Below, one piece after another: positions 23,909 to 37,463 of a stretch of DNA of 64,000 nucleotides. Within the stretch, counting starts at the first letter, position 1; each line of letters begins with the position of its first letter. The DNA comes from Macrostomum lignano. Lineage: Eukaryota. The notes under the pieces were generated by a model, which was not told the DNA's origin, ran no database searches, and worked only from the letters and a program-made list of their open reading frames with translations. The translations under genes and the position numbers were made by a program. The stretch is from the NCBI GenBank assembly GCA_002269645.1, contig NIVC01000544.1, positions 481,167 to 545,166 on the forward strand, given 5' to 3'.

Positions 23909-26900
23909 ATGCACTTGTACGAAGAAGACGCCAAACGAGTGGACGAAGCGGAATTGGCCTGCTATCCCATTGGCTTGGCCCGCAGCCTGCCAGAGTGGAA
24001 TATTCCCTTAGCCTTTGCGTCGCCCCATTTGCACGAAGAAACCAACGGCGTAGAAGGCATAGCGGAGAGTTGGCGTTACGGGACTAAGGTTAGCGTCTAC
24101 AACTCTTAAGAAATTTTAGTTCGTTTCTACATTGATAATTTCTTAGAGGCATTTCTGACTCGTTTATAATAATTATCTGTAACTTAAGCACAGTCGGAAA
24201 TTATTTGGACTATATTCTGCTCAGGAATCACGTTCACAACTTCTGGAAAGAATCGCCTTCACACCTCAAAAGAATTATCTTCACACCCTCTGGAAGAATC
24301 GCCTTCACACCTCAAAAGAATTATCTTCACACCCTCTGGAAGAATCGCCTTCATACCTCAAAAGAATTATCTTCACACCCCAGAAGAATCATCTTCACAC
24401 CCTCTGGAAGAATCGCCTTCATACCTCAAAAGAATTATCTTCACACCCCAGAAGAATCATCTTCACACCCTCTGGAAGAATCGCCTTCATACCTCAAAAG
24501 AATTATCTTCACACCCCAGAAGAATCATCTTCACACCCTCTGGAAGAATCGCCTTCACAATCCCCAGAAGAATCGCCTTCATAATCCCCAGAAGAATCGC
24601 CTTCACAATCCCCAGAGGAATCGCCTTCACAATCCCCAGAGGAATCGCCTTCACAATCCCCAGAGGAATCGCCTTCACAATTCCCAGAGGAATCGCCTTC
24701 ACAATCCCCAGAAGAATCGCCTTCATAATCCCCAGAAGAATCGCCTTCATAATCCCCAGAAGGATCGCCTTCACAATCCCCAGAAGAATCGCCTTCATAA
24801 TCCCCAGAAGAATCGCCTTCATAATCCCCAGAAGGATCGCCTTCACAATCCCCAGAAGAATCGCCTTCATAATCCCCAGAAGAATCGCCTTCACAATCCC
24901 CAGAAGAATCGCCTTCATAATCCCCAGAAGGATCGCCTTCACAATCCCCAGAAGAATCGCCTTCATAATCCCCAGAAGGATCGCCTTCACAATCCCCAGA
25001 GGAATCGCCTTCACAATCCCCAGAGGAATCGCCTTCACAATCCCCAGAGGAATCGCCTTCACACCCCTATTTAGCAAGAGTCATCTTCAGGGGCCCTTAA
25101 TATTATTGATTTCCCCTATTGTCGCAAACATTTGGACCCAGGTTCGAATCACCAACGTACTGCTAGTCCTGTGCCTGAACGTTGACACGGACCCCCCGGA
25201 CGTGCAAAAGCCGGTACCAAGCGCTGTTCAACACTGCTGGTACGATCCTTCGGGCAAGAATCCTAACAAAGCGGTTGAAGAAATTTCCACCTTATTAGTT
25301 AATCAATATAAACGGTGGAATTCTAAGATTCGTTATAAAACTTGCAACGATCCAACTGTCGACGAAGTGAAAAAGCAGTGTTTGAGTTTGCGTAGAACCG
25401 CCAGACAGGACAGGATACTGTTCCATTTCAATGGCCACGGAGTGCCCAGGCCTACTAAGAATGGCGAGACTTGGGTATTTAATCGAAACTTTACCCAGTA
25501 CATACCGTTGTCCTTGTACGACCTGCAGTCCTGGCTTGGCTCGCCTTCCGTCTACGTTATCGACTGTCACAATGCAGGGCAGGTGCGTTTAGCTTACCTT
25601 CCTGTGTACCTTTTTTAAATCTGTACATCCGGGTAATAAAGTTAATTATCTCACTTGCACATTCAGGTAATAAAACTAATTATCTCACCTGTAAATCAGG
25701 GTAATAAAGCTAATTATCTCACTTGTACATCTGGGTAATAAAGCTAATTATCTCACCTCTACATCTGGGTAATAAAGCTAATTATCTCATCTGTACATCC
25801 GGGTAATAAAGCTAATTATCTCACCTCTACATCCGGGTAATAAAGCTAATTATCGCACCTCTACATCCAAGATAATAAAGCTAATTATCTCACTTGCACA
25901 TTCAGGTAATAAAACTAATTATCTCACCTGTAAATCAGGGTAATAAAGCTAATTATCTGACGTGTACATCTGGGTAATAAAGCTAATTATCTCACTTGTA
26001 CACCTGGGTAATAAAGCTAATTATCTCACTTGTACACCTGGGTAATAAAGCTAATTATCTCACCTCTACATACGGGTAATAAAGCTAATTATCTCATCTG
26101 TACATCCGGGTAATAAAGCTAATTATCTCATCTGTACATCCGGGTAATAAAGCTAATTATCTCACCTCTACATCCGGGTAATAAAGCTAATTATCTCACC
26201 TCTACATCCGGGTAATAAAGCTAATTATCTCACCTGTAAATCAGGGTAATAAAGCTAATTATCTCACGTGTACATCTGGGTAATAAAGCTAATTATCTCA
26301 CTTGTACACCTGGGTAATAAAGCTAATTATCTCACTTGTACACCTGGGTAATAAAGCTAATTATCTCACCTCTACATACGGGTAATAAAGCTAATTATCT
26401 CATCTGTACATCCGGGTAATAAAGCTAATTATCTCATCTGTACATCCGGGTAATAAAGCTAATTATCTCACCTCTACATCCGGGTAATAAAGCTAATTAT
26501 CTCACCTCTACATCCGGGTAATAAAGCTAATTATCGCACCTCTACATCCAAGATAATAAAGCTAATTATCTCACGTGTACATCTGGGTAATAAAGCTAAT
26601 ATTGTCATCTGCAAGTCAAAATAATCTCACCTGTTCCTCATACCAATAATCTCCCCAAACGCAGGTATTGAAATCCTACGAAGCGTTCTGCGAGCGACGC
26701 CGCCAAGATTGGGAACAATCTGAACAATATCAGCAGCAGAAATCCAGCGGCGGCAGTTCGTGCGCCTATTCAACTGGTAGCGAAGTTACCATGGAGAATT
26801 CTATATTATTGTGCTCGTGCGGTGTTGACGAATTTTTGCCAATGAATCCGGACTTACCTGCTGATTTGTTTACTGCCTGCCTGACTACGCCTATTAAGGC

Positions 26901-29900
26901 GGCTCTGCATTGGTACTGGATTCGCTACAGTAATAGGCTATCTCCAGATCTAACTCTGGCTATGCTGTCTAATATACCCGGCAAGTTGTCTGAGCGAAAA
27001 TCTATGCTGGGAGAATTGAATTGGATTTTCACTGCCGTCACGGATACTATCGCTTATAATTCTATTCCTAGGTGAGGCTGTTGGAATGTTACAAACTAAT
27101 TTTCTTTTTTTAAATCGACATTCAATTATGTAAGAAATCGACATTCAATTATGTAAGAAATTGGCATTCAATTATGTAAGAAATTGGCATTCAATTATGT
27201 AAGAAATTGGCATTCAATTATGTAAGAAATTGGCATTCAATTATGTAAGAAATTGGCATTCAATTATGTAAGAAATTGGCATTCAATTATGTAAGAAATC
27301 GACATTCGATTATGTAAGAAATCGACATTCAATTATGTAAAAATCGGCTTTCTATTGTGTAAAAATAAGCTTTTTAATATGTGAAAAATCGGCTCTCAAT
27401 TAGGTAAAAAAATCGGCCCTCATTTATGTAAGAATCGGTCTTCAATTAGGTAATAAATTGGCCTTTAATTATTTAGAATCGGCCTTTAATTATGTGAGAA
27501 ATCGGCCTTCAATTTTGTGAGAAGTCGGCCTTCCATTGTGTAAAAATCGGCCTTTAATTATGTAAAAAATCAGCCCTGGATTATGTAAAACCGACCTTTA
27601 ATTATGTAGAATCGGCCCTCAATTATGTAAAAATCGATCTTCAATTATGTAAGAAAATCAGCCTTCAAATATGTAAGAAATCGGCCTTCAAATATGGACA
27701 TAATCGGCCTTCAAATATGTAAGAAATCGGCCTTCAAATATGGAAAAAATCGGCCTTCAAATGTGGAAAAATCGACCTTCAATTATATAAGAAATCGGCC
27801 CTCGATTATGTAAGAAATCGGCCTTCAATTATATAAAAAATCGCCCTTCAATTATATAAGAAATCGGCCTTCAATTATATAAGAAATCGGCCTTCAATTA
27901 TATAAGAAATCGGCCTTCAATTAAATAAGAAATCGGTCTTCAATTATATAAGAAATCGGCCTTCAATTATATAAGAAATCGGCCTTCAGTTATGTAAGAA
28001 ATCAGCCTTCAAAAAGGTAAAATCGGCTTTAAAGACATTTTTCAAAAATCTGCTTCAGTAGTTGTCTAAGAATTGGCGTTTTAACTGACTTATTTTTCAG
28101 AATTCAAATCAGCATTTTAAGAATTCGCTGTCGATCAATAATTTTCTAAGAAGGGTCTTATGAACGCTTCTTACTCACAATTACCCTATCCATCCGCACA
28201 GAGACCTGTTCCACCGGCTGTTCCGTTACGACACCCTATTGGCGTCATTGTTTCGCAACTTCCTACTAGCCGAACGAGTTCTCGTCAGCTACGGCTGCAC
28301 CCCAGTGACTCATCCGCTGCTGCCGCCCATGCACAAGCATCCGCTGTGGTCGGCTTGGGATCACGTTGTAGACGATTTTATGCGCCAATTACCGGACGTG
28401 CACCGATGGATTAGCAATCACGAGGCTCAGGCGCAACAGCAGCAACAGCAGCAGCACCATCACCACCAGTATCATCATCATCAGCAGCATCTGCATCAAT
28501 CGACTATGCCAGATCCGGAGTCTGGCCCGCTGCTTCAGGTGCCCTACAAAACTTGCTCGTTTTTTGCCGATCATTTGGCTAGCTTTGAAGTCTGGCTCAA
28601 ATCTGCCGGCAGCAAGACGCCAGCTGACGCCTGGCATCTGCCCATTGTGCTGCAGGTTAGTTTGTGCATTGTTTAGTGCATTCATGTAGATAGATGTGTG
28701 TATTTATATAGAACTGAGTTTGATTGATTTTTAGCCTTTGTTCAACTCAATAGAATGGTAGTCTTGGTTTATCTATATTGGTAGTCTTGGTTTGGCAGAT
28801 TGATCACTTTGGTTAAGCTGTATTGGTAGTCTTTTTTGAGTAGATAGTAGTTCCTGTTTGGCTAGATTAGTAGTCTTTGTTTGGCTACATTTTTAATCTT
28901 GTTGGGCTATATTAAAATTCTTTGTTTAGCCAGATCGGTAGTCTTTGTTTGGCTGTATTAAAAGTGTTTGTTTAGCTAGATAAGTAGTCTTTGTTCAAGT
29001 AGATTGGTAGTTTCTGTTTGGCTAGCTTAGTAGTCTTTGTTTGGCTAGATTGGTAGTCTGTTTGGCTACATTTTTGTCTTTGTTTGGCTAGATTGCTAGT
29101 CTTTATTTGGCTATATTAAACTTCTTTGTTTAGCTAGATTGAGAGTCTTTTTGACTAGATTTAGAGTTTTGGTTTGTTTCTAAGAAATCATGATCTGCTT
29201 TATTCTATAACCCTTCGCAGGTGCTGCTATCCCAGTACTACAGGCCCAAAGCGCTGAAGCTTCTGTGCTCCTACCTGGATCTGGGTCCCGATGCGGTGTA
29301 TCAGACCCTATCAGTAGGCACCTTTCCCTACATCTTGAAGCTGCTGAACGGAGGCAAAGATATGAAAGAGGAACTAGTATTCATCTGGGCTAAGATAGTA
29401 GCGGTTGAGCATTCCACTAATCTAGTGCTTGACCTAGTCAAAGAGGACAATATTCGCTATTTTATCAACGTACTACAAGATCCTGCTCCTTTAACAACGC
29501 CGAAATCTTTGTCAATAAGAGGCATGGCCGCGTTCGTACTAGCTAGATTAATGAATCGATCTGTTGAAGCTAAGGAGATCTGCATTCGCAGCAATCTGAT
29601 CTGCACTATACTGGAGCACCTTGACGATCCAGCTGTCCGGCTGGACCAAGCCCTGCCGGCTGTCACCTATCGCCTGTTTCTAGTGTTCTGCCTAGCCAAG
29701 ATCTGGGCCAACCATGAGCCGGGCAGATCGCACGGAGCCCGCAGTTCGGCCTACGAAGCTCTGTACTCGTCCAGCGCCGCCTACGGCTACGAGCCTCTTC
29801 TAGACGATCGACAACCGAAAGTTCGAGCGGCTTGCGTTCACGCTTTAGCAGCTTATATGGACAATGTCAATAACAGTGCTAATGCTTCTGCGCAACAACA

Positions 29901-32900
29901 GTCTTCTGCTTCTAGTGGCAGCAATAGCGCCGAACAGCAGAGTCTGCGCGCTTCGGATCTAAGCGGTAGCAATGATCAGACTATTGTACTCAGACTGCTT
30001 CAGCGGTCTCTGTCAGATTGCTCGGCTTTGGTTCGCTGCGAATTAGTCTGCGCTTTGGCCGCTTTTACCCGACTATTCGAGAACGAAATGATTGCAGTGG
30101 TTATCCAACAGATTGAGGATACGGAGCGGTGGCGCAGGTTGAAACGCCCAACCACTGCTCAACCGTTTGCCGGCCTGCTCAAATCTGGCAACGTCTATCA
30201 GCAGGTCTGGCGATCTCTCTGCTTCCTGCATCGGGACCCGGCGCCGCAGGTTTGTAGCTTGGGTGCTTAGCAACTGGCTGTTTACATTGGATACGGGCTG
30301 TTTATGTTGGATGCGAGTCTGTTTACCCGTAGATACGGACTTTTACCCGTAGATACGGCTTGTTTACATTGGATACGGCCTGTCTACCTATAGATACGGA
30401 CTGTTTACCTATAGATACAGACTGTTTACCTGTAGATACAGACTGTTTACCTATAGATACGGACTGTTTACATTGGATACACACTGTTTACCCATAGATA
30501 CAGCGGTCTGTTTACATTGGATACACACTGTTTACCCATAGATACAATCTGTTTACATTGGATACACGCTGTTAACCCATAGATACAGCGGTCTGTTTAC
30601 ATTGGATACACGCTGTTAACCCATAGATACAGCGGTCTGTTTACATTGGATACACGCTGTTAACCCATAGATACAGCGGTCTGTTTACATTAGATACACA
30701 CTGTTTACATTGGATACACACTTTTTACCCATAGATACAGACTGTTTACATTGGATACACACTTTTTACCCATAGATATAGACTGTTTACATTGGATACA
30801 CACTGTTAACCCATAGATACATTCTGTTTACATTGAATACACACTGTTTACCCATAGATACAGTCTGTTTACATTGGATAAACGCTGTTTACCCATAGAT
30901 ACAGACTGTTTACATTGGATACACACTGTTTACCCATAGATACGGTCTGTTTACATTGGATACACACTGTTTACCCATAGATACAGTCTGTTTACATTGG
31001 ATACACGCTGTTTACCTATAGATAATGCTTATACCTAGTTCTTAAAACTATAAAAAAGTCAACCCATATGAATGAAACAATGTACAGGTACAGTCGATGG
31101 CCGGCACTCTAGTCCAGAGTGTCTATTCTCGTGTATCTGAAAAACTGCGCAAAGATCAACGCATTCTGGAGCAATACGCCAAGCCTGGACAGCAGCAGCA
31201 GAGCCAGCAGCAGCAGCAGCAACAGCAGACTCATGCCAAACTGTCAAACAATGGCACATTTCCTAGAGTATCCTCTGCAGCAGTATTGAGTTCGAGTCGG
31301 CCAGCAGAGGATTCCACCTCTGGCAGCGTGCCTGGCAGTCCTAAATTACAGCGACATCTAGGCCTGCAGCATCATCAGCATCATCATCATTTGAGCAGTA
31401 GGAGTCCGCCAACTCCGCTAACCGGAGCAATTTCTACTAATCGGTTTGCTACCCGGATACTACTGGGCATGATGGATAATTTAGACAGTCGACGACGCTC
31501 CCCGTCGCCAGGGGCAACCGGCGGCAATCGACGCTCTGGCCTAGTCGGTTTAGTTCGTCGTCAAAGCGACAGCGCCGGGGCCGCTAACGAGGCGACGACA
31601 AGTTATTCAACTGCCGACTGGAGTTCAAGAAGCGCCGCGGCTGCGTCAGTTGTATCGAACGAGCCCTTGACAACTAAACTATTCGAATATTGTTGCGCAC
31701 AATTTGCTAGGCCGATGGCTTCTCAAGCTCAAGCTGACTTGTCAACGGAATCCGATCCTTTGTCTGCTAATTTTCAAAGCCGCGAGCTCAGCTGCCTGCT
31801 ATTGCATAGTCTGCATCGGCTGGCCGCTCAGGACGCTGTCGCCTTGGCAACCGCTGGTAGCGGCGGTCGCTCAGTACAATTCGCTTTGCGAAGCACCCGA
31901 ACCGTGCAGTCCCCGGCTGTTAGCCTGCATTTCCATCCTTTGTTGGCTCAGTTATTGCTGTGCGACGATTCTAGCGTACAAGTGCTGGACCCTGATCTGT
32001 GTAGGTTGGCCTCTTTCAATGCCGAGTCAGGCGTCAACTTGCTGGCCTTTGGCGGCGGCTCCGCCGGCGGCAGTCGTCGGTCTAGCGGCGGCCTAACTGC
32101 TGGAAGTGAGTTTCTTACGGAGCTGTTTAGATTGGTCATTGTGGAGCTAATTAGATTAGTCATTGTGGAGCTAGTTAGATTGGTCATTGTGGAGCTAATT
32201 AGATTAGTCATAGTGAATTTACCTAGATTGGTCATTGTGGAGCTAATTAGATTGGTCATTGTGGAGCTGTTTAGATTGATCATTGTAAATTTAATTAGAT
32301 TGGTCATTGTGGAGCAAGTTAGATTGGTCATTGTGGAGCAAGTTAGATTGGTCATTGTGAAGCTAGTTAGATTGGTCATTGTGGAGCAAGTTAGATTGGT
32401 CATTGTGGAGCAAGTTAGATTGGTCATTGTGAAGCTAGTTAGATTGGTCATTGTGGAGCTAATTTGATTGGTCATTGTGGTTCTAATTAGATTGGTCATT
32501 GTGGAGCTAGTTAGATTGGTCATTGTGGAGTTAATTTGATTGGTCATTGTGGAGCTAATTAGATTGGTCATTGTGGAGCAAGTTAGATTGGTCATTGTGG
32601 AGCAAGTTAGATTGGTCATTGTGAAGCTAGTTAGATTGGTCATTGTGGAGCTAATTAGATTAGTCATAGTGAATTTAACTAGATTGGTCATTATGGAGCT
32701 AATTAGATTGGTCATTGTGGAGCTGTTTAGATTGATCATTGTAAATTTAATTAGATTGGTCATTGTGGAGCAAGTTAGATTGGTCATTGTGGAGCAAGTT
32801 AGATTGGTCATTGTGAAGCTAGTTAGATTGGTCATTGTGGAGCAAGTTAGATTGGTCATTGTGGAGCAAGTTAGATTGGTCATTGTGAAGCTAGTTAGAT

Positions 32901-35812
32901 TGGTCATTGTGGAGCTAATTTGATTGGTCATTGTGGTTCTAATTAGATTGGTCATTGTGGAGCTAGTTAGATTGGTCATTGTGGAGTTAATTTGATTGGT
33001 CATTGTGGTGCTAATTAAATTGGTCATTGTGGAGCTGTTTAGATTGGTCATTGTGAAGCTAATTAGATTGGTCATTGTGAATTTAATTAGATTGGTCATT
33101 GTGGACATAATTAGATTGGTCATTGTGGAGCTAGTTAGATTGGTCATTGTAAAGCTAATTAGATTGGTCATTGTAAATTTGATTAGATTGGTCATTGTGG
33201 TGCTAGTTAGATTGGTCATTGTGGAGCTAATTTGATTGGTCATTGTGATTTTGATTAGATTGGTCAAATCATTGTGGAGCTAATTTGATTGGTCATTGTG
33301 ATTTTGATTAGATTGGTCATTGTAGAGCTAATTAGATTGGTCATTGTGGAGCTAGTTAGATTGGTCATTGTGAAGCAAGTTAGATTGGTCATTGTGGAGC
33401 TAATTAGATTGGTCATTGTGGAGCTAATTAGATTGGTCATTGTGGAGCTAGTTAGATTGGTCATTGGCTAATCTATAATAGATTTGTCATTAGTTATTGG
33501 CTAATCTATAATAGAATGGTCATTGGTCATTGGCTAATCTATAATAGAATGGTCATTGGTCATTGGCTAATCTATAATAGAATGGTCATTGGTCATTGGC
33601 TAATCTATAATAGAATGGTCATTGGTCATTAGCTAATCTATAATAGAATGGTCATTGGTCATTGGCTAATCTATAATAGAATGGTCATTGGTCATTGGCT
33701 AATCTATAATAGAATGGTCATTGGTCATTGGCTAATCTATTAATAGAATGGTCATTGGTCATTGGCTAATCTATAATAGAATGGTCATTGGTCATTGTCT
33801 AATCTATAATAGAATGGTCATTGGTCATTGGCTAATCTATAATAGAATGGTCATTGGTCATTAGCTAATCTATAATAGAATTGTCATTGGTGATTGGCTA
33901 ATCTATAATAGAATGGTCATTGGTCATTAGCTAATCTATAATAGAATGGTCATTGGTGATTGGCTAATCTATAATAGAATGGTCATTGGTCATTGGCTAA
34001 TCTATAATAGAATGGTCATTGGTCATTGTCTAATCTATAATAGAATGGTCATTGGTCATTAGCTAATCTATAATAGAATGGTCATTGGTCATTGGCTAAT
34101 CTATAATAGAATGGTCATTGGTCATTGGCTAATCTATAATAGAATGGTCATTGGTCATTGGCTAATCTATAATAGAATGGTCATTGGTCATTAGCTAATC
34201 TATAATAGAATGGTCATTGGTCATTGGCTAATCTATAATAGAATGGTCATTGGTCATTGGCTAATCTATAATAGAATGGTCATTGGTCATTGGCTAATCT
34301 ATAATAGAATGGTCATTGGTCATTAGCTAATCTATAATAGAATGGTCATTGGTCATTGGCTAATCTATAATTATCTCCCTCAATTTCAACAGCTAGCGGC
34401 AGTCTCGGTGGCCACACCAGGCAGCACCAGGGCTCGCTGCAGCATCAGCATCATTCGCGTCAGACCAGCTCCCCGGCGCATCATTCGCACTCGTTCGGCG
34501 CCCACGGCGGCATGGTCGGCGGCGGCAGCGGCGGCAATTTCCTAGTAGATATTCAGCTAGTAAACTGGCATACGGAAGATTCTTTACTGGCCTGCGCCTG
34601 GTCAGACGGCTGCGTTCGTCTATGGCGCAACTATGCCTGCCCCTACAATAGCAGTCCGCAGTTGATCTCGGCTTTCGTTGGCCTGCCAGATCGGCTTAGA
34701 GCGATGGCTTGGAATCAACAACAGCAGGCCGGCTTGGCGTTCGGCGGTCACGCCAGATTTCTGCGATTAATTGACGCCCACGCCGAGCGTCGGTGCGTCG
34801 ATCTGCCGTGCGAGTCGGCCGCCTGCACTCATCTGGCTTATTCGGACGAGTCGGCCGGGCGAGGTCGGCTGATTGCCGGGTTCGACGATGGAATTGTGAA
34901 ATGCTTCGATCCGTTGGCGCCGGCTAATCAGTGCTGCGTCTGCAGCGTGCAGGCCGACGCTGTGCCCGTTGGAGGGGGTAAGTAGGGAGAGTAGGTAGGG
35001 AGAGTAGGTAGGGAGAGTAGGTAGGGAGAGTAGGTAGGGATAGTAGGTAGGGAGAGTAGGTAGGGAGAGTAGGTAGGGAGAGTAGGTAGGGAGAGTAGGC
35101 AGGGAGAGTAGGTAGGGAGAGTAGGTAGGGAGAGTAGGCAGGGAGAGTAGGCAGAGAGTAGGTAGGTAGAGTAGGTAGGGAGAGAAGGCAGGGAGAGAAG
35201 GCAGGGAGATTAGTTAGGGAGAGTAGGTAGGAGAGTAGACAGAGAGTAGGTAGGTAGAGTAGATAGGGAGAGTTGGTAGGGCGAGTCGATATGGAGAGTA
35301 GATAGGAGAGAATATCAATTGACGCAGTAAACACTTTAAACTGTTACTTTTCGCAATTTTACCCAACAGTCTCTAACAGCGGTGCAGCAGCAATGAGCAG
35401 TCCAGCAGGCGATCTGGTACTTGGCGCCTGTCTGAACCCGAGCAACCCTGATCAGCTGCTAACCTGCACAGCTAGCGGCTTGGTTCGACTTTGGGACCTT
35501 CGCCGAGCTGGTCAGCAATTCCTAGAAAGCCACCAGCCGCCTCAGCAGCAGCAACCGCCGCAGCAGGTCACGTGCTTCGCCGCTCATCCGCGCTGTCCAG
35601 TTTACGCTGTCGGTACAGCCGACTGCACTTTATCGGTCAGATCGTTTACCGGCGGCTTTCAACTGGCCGCAGTTCGAGCTAACGAAGCTCTGCTGCAGCA
35701 GATTGCCAGGCCATTCTCTGTAGCTTTTCATCCGTTGAAACCCATGCTAGCGTTGAGCACTACGGATAGCTGCTTGTCGCTGTACTCCGCGCATTCATCT
35801 GTAGGTCTGTAG
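23909..35812 (+). CDS. RPTOR: Raptor (regulatory-associated protein of mTOR), 8 coding exons, ~1518 aa
   Basis: Exons 23909-24088, 25142-25582, 26665-27071, 28202-28655, 29221-30249, 31088-32105, 34393-34977, 35370-35812 with consistent GT-AG phases (4557 nt). Motifs: WNIPLAF, LVLCLNVDTDPPDV, DPTVDEVKK, LFHFNGHGVPRPT, FTACLTTPIK, LGELNWIFTAVTDTIA, RDLFHRLFR..LASLFRNFLLAER, HLPIVLQVLLSQ, HEAT/ARM repeats and C-terminal WD40 (DGCVRLWRNY, VRLWDLR). Confidence 0.96.
24240..25065. repeat. 24-bp minisatellite (AATCGCCTTCACAATCCCCAGAAG), Raptor intron 1
   Basis: A composite older part (24240-24545) grades into a homogeneous 24-mer. Confidence 0.95.
25625..26600. repeat. 34-bp minisatellite (GGGTAATAAAGCTAATTATCTCACCTCTACATCC), ~29 copies, Raptor intron 2
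   Basis: Direct tandem copies. Confidence 0.95.
27110..28015. repeat. 23-bp minisatellite (AAGAAATCGGCCTTCAATTATGT), Raptor intron 3
   Basis: Direct tandem copies with drifting variants. Confidence 0.93.
28745..29165. repeat. Degenerate ~22-bp minisatellite (TTGGCTAGATTGGTAGTCTTTG), Raptor intron 4
   Basis: Diverged tandem copies. Confidence 0.8.
30285..31025. repeat. ~20-bp alternating minisatellite (CTGTTTACATTGGATACACA / CTGTTTACCCATAGATACAG), Raptor intron 5
   Basis: Direct tandem copies of two alternating variants. Confidence 0.92.
32125..33465. repeat. 24-bp minisatellite (TAGATTGGTCATTGTGGAGCTAAT), ~56 copies with a 456-bp higher-order duplication, Raptor intron 6
   Basis: Marker variants ATTGAT (32275/32731) and GGTTCT (32481/32937) recur 456 bp apart. 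Confidence 0.95.
33465..34370. repeat. 33-bp minisatellite (AGAATGGTCATTGGTCATTGGCTAATCTATAAT), ~27 copies, Raptor intron 6
   Basis: Homogeneous array abutting the 24-mer array. Confidence 0.95.
34982..35310. repeat. 13-bp purine-rich repeat (GGGAGAGTAGGTA), Raptor intron 7
   Basis: Direct tandem copies beginning right after the donor. Confidence 0.93.
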
Positions 35813-35929
35813 GCTGAGCACTGCTGCTGCTATGTTGGTTTATTTCTTTTAAGATAATGCTTGAGCTTTTTATTTTCAGTTTTTTGCGTCAATCAACGAG
35901 TCAATCGACTAGCAAATTACTGTTTCCTT

Positions 35930-36525
35930 TGATTCTAAAGTGCGCGCTTATCCCAAACTCTTGATTTTGAAGTGCGCGTTTATCACAAACTCATGATTCT
36001 AAAGTGCGCGCTTATCCCAAACTCTTGATTTTGAAGTGCGCGTTTATCACAAACTCATGATTCTAAAGTGCGCGCTTATCCCAAACTCTTGATTTTGAAG
36101 TGCGCGCTTATCCCAAATCATGATTCTAAGGTGCGCGCTTATCCCAAACTCTTGATTTTGAAGTGCGCGCTTATCCCAAATCATGATTCTAAAGTGCGCG
36201 CTTATCCCAAACTCTTGATTTTGAAGTGCGCGCTTATCCCAAACTCTTGATTTTGAAGTGCGCGCTTATCCCAAACTCATGATTCTAAAGTGCGCGCTTA
36301 TCCCAAACTCTAGATTCTAAAGTGCGCGCTTATCCCAAACTCTTTATTCTAAAGTGCGCGCTTATCCAAACTCTTGATTCTAAAGTGAGCGCTTATCCCA
36401 AACTCTTGATTCTAAAGTGAGCGCTTATCCCAAACTCATGATTCTAAAGTGCGCGCTTATCCAAACTCATGATTCTAAACTGCGCGCTTATCCCAAACTC
36501 TTGATTTTGAAGTGCGCGCTTATCC
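35930..36525. repeat. 32-bp minisatellite (GATTCTAAAGTGCGCGCTTATCCCAAACTCTT), ~18 copies, 3' of Raptor
   Basis: Direct tandem copies. Confidence 0.95.
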
Positions 36526-37301
36526 TCTTATTCCTGACTCTGTAGTTCGCGCTTCACCGCTTTCCTGATTCTGTAGCTCGCGCTTGTCTTCTGTAACCTG
36601 GTTGTACTATTGCTATTAGTGTCCATGCCATTCTAAGTAAATTAATTATCGAAGAAGCAGTTATTTAAAATTTGCTATTTTTGTTATGCCGTTACACAGA
36701 GAGTTACAGTAGATTATTACTATTACTACTATTAGTCTTGCATGTACTGCTTGGCATATTCACTATTACTTAGAAAAGAAATGTAAAATCAGTTGCTTAC
36801 CATATGCCTGTCATATTAATTACACGAACATTACCATGCCTTTTACTGTGTAGATGTTTTCTGGAATATAATGTTCTACTATCTTTGGTTATTCGAGTTA
36901 TTTTGTTTGACTTAAAGTAATTTTCTCATTGTTTGTGTTTTATTTCATACTACTGTCAGTAATGTTTGTTTAATATTTGCTACTATATTATTAAATTGCT
37001 TAAATCAGTTTTTCATACATAAGTATTGTGAGATCTTGCCAATCATTTGTGCAAAAGATTCAATTTATCATACTCAAATTTTACTCAAAAATTTGCCTAT
37101 TTTATTCATAATCTACAATTGTGTGTTTATTGATATATGAAATTGCATATTTAACGTTTAATTATAATAATACTATTAATAATATTGTTATTATTCGGTA
37201 TATACAATATATATTACTCTTCCATTAGTGATGAATGCTTAAAATTATGTAACTTTGGATAAAATTCTAGAATTTATTGTAGCTTTTTCCACTTGTCAAA
37301 T

Positions 37302-37463
37302 TTTGTTGCACTATGTAGGATAAGTGAAACATATGCAAGGATTGAGACTTGGGGGTGCCGTAGCCCCCCAGTGGTCCATGTCAAATTTTGTTGCACTATG
37401 TAGGATAAGTGAAACATATGCAAGGGTTGAGACTTGGGGGTGCCGTAGCCCCCCAGTGGTCCA
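37302..37463. repeat. ~80-bp direct tandem duplication
   Basis: TTTTGTTGCACTATGTAGGATAAG...CCCCAGTGGTCCA is present twice (starts ~37302 and ~37386). Confidence 0.85.

Noticed and set aside
24205-25077. 289-aa (NRLHNPQK)n ORF and its antisense
   Set aside because: 24-bp minisatellite inside Raptor intron 1.
31948-33471. Long ORFs such as the 439-aa (TMTNLISS)n and (IVELIRLV)n
   Set aside because: Translations of the 24-bp intronic minisatellite; Raptor splices out at 32105 and resumes at 34393 in the correct phase.
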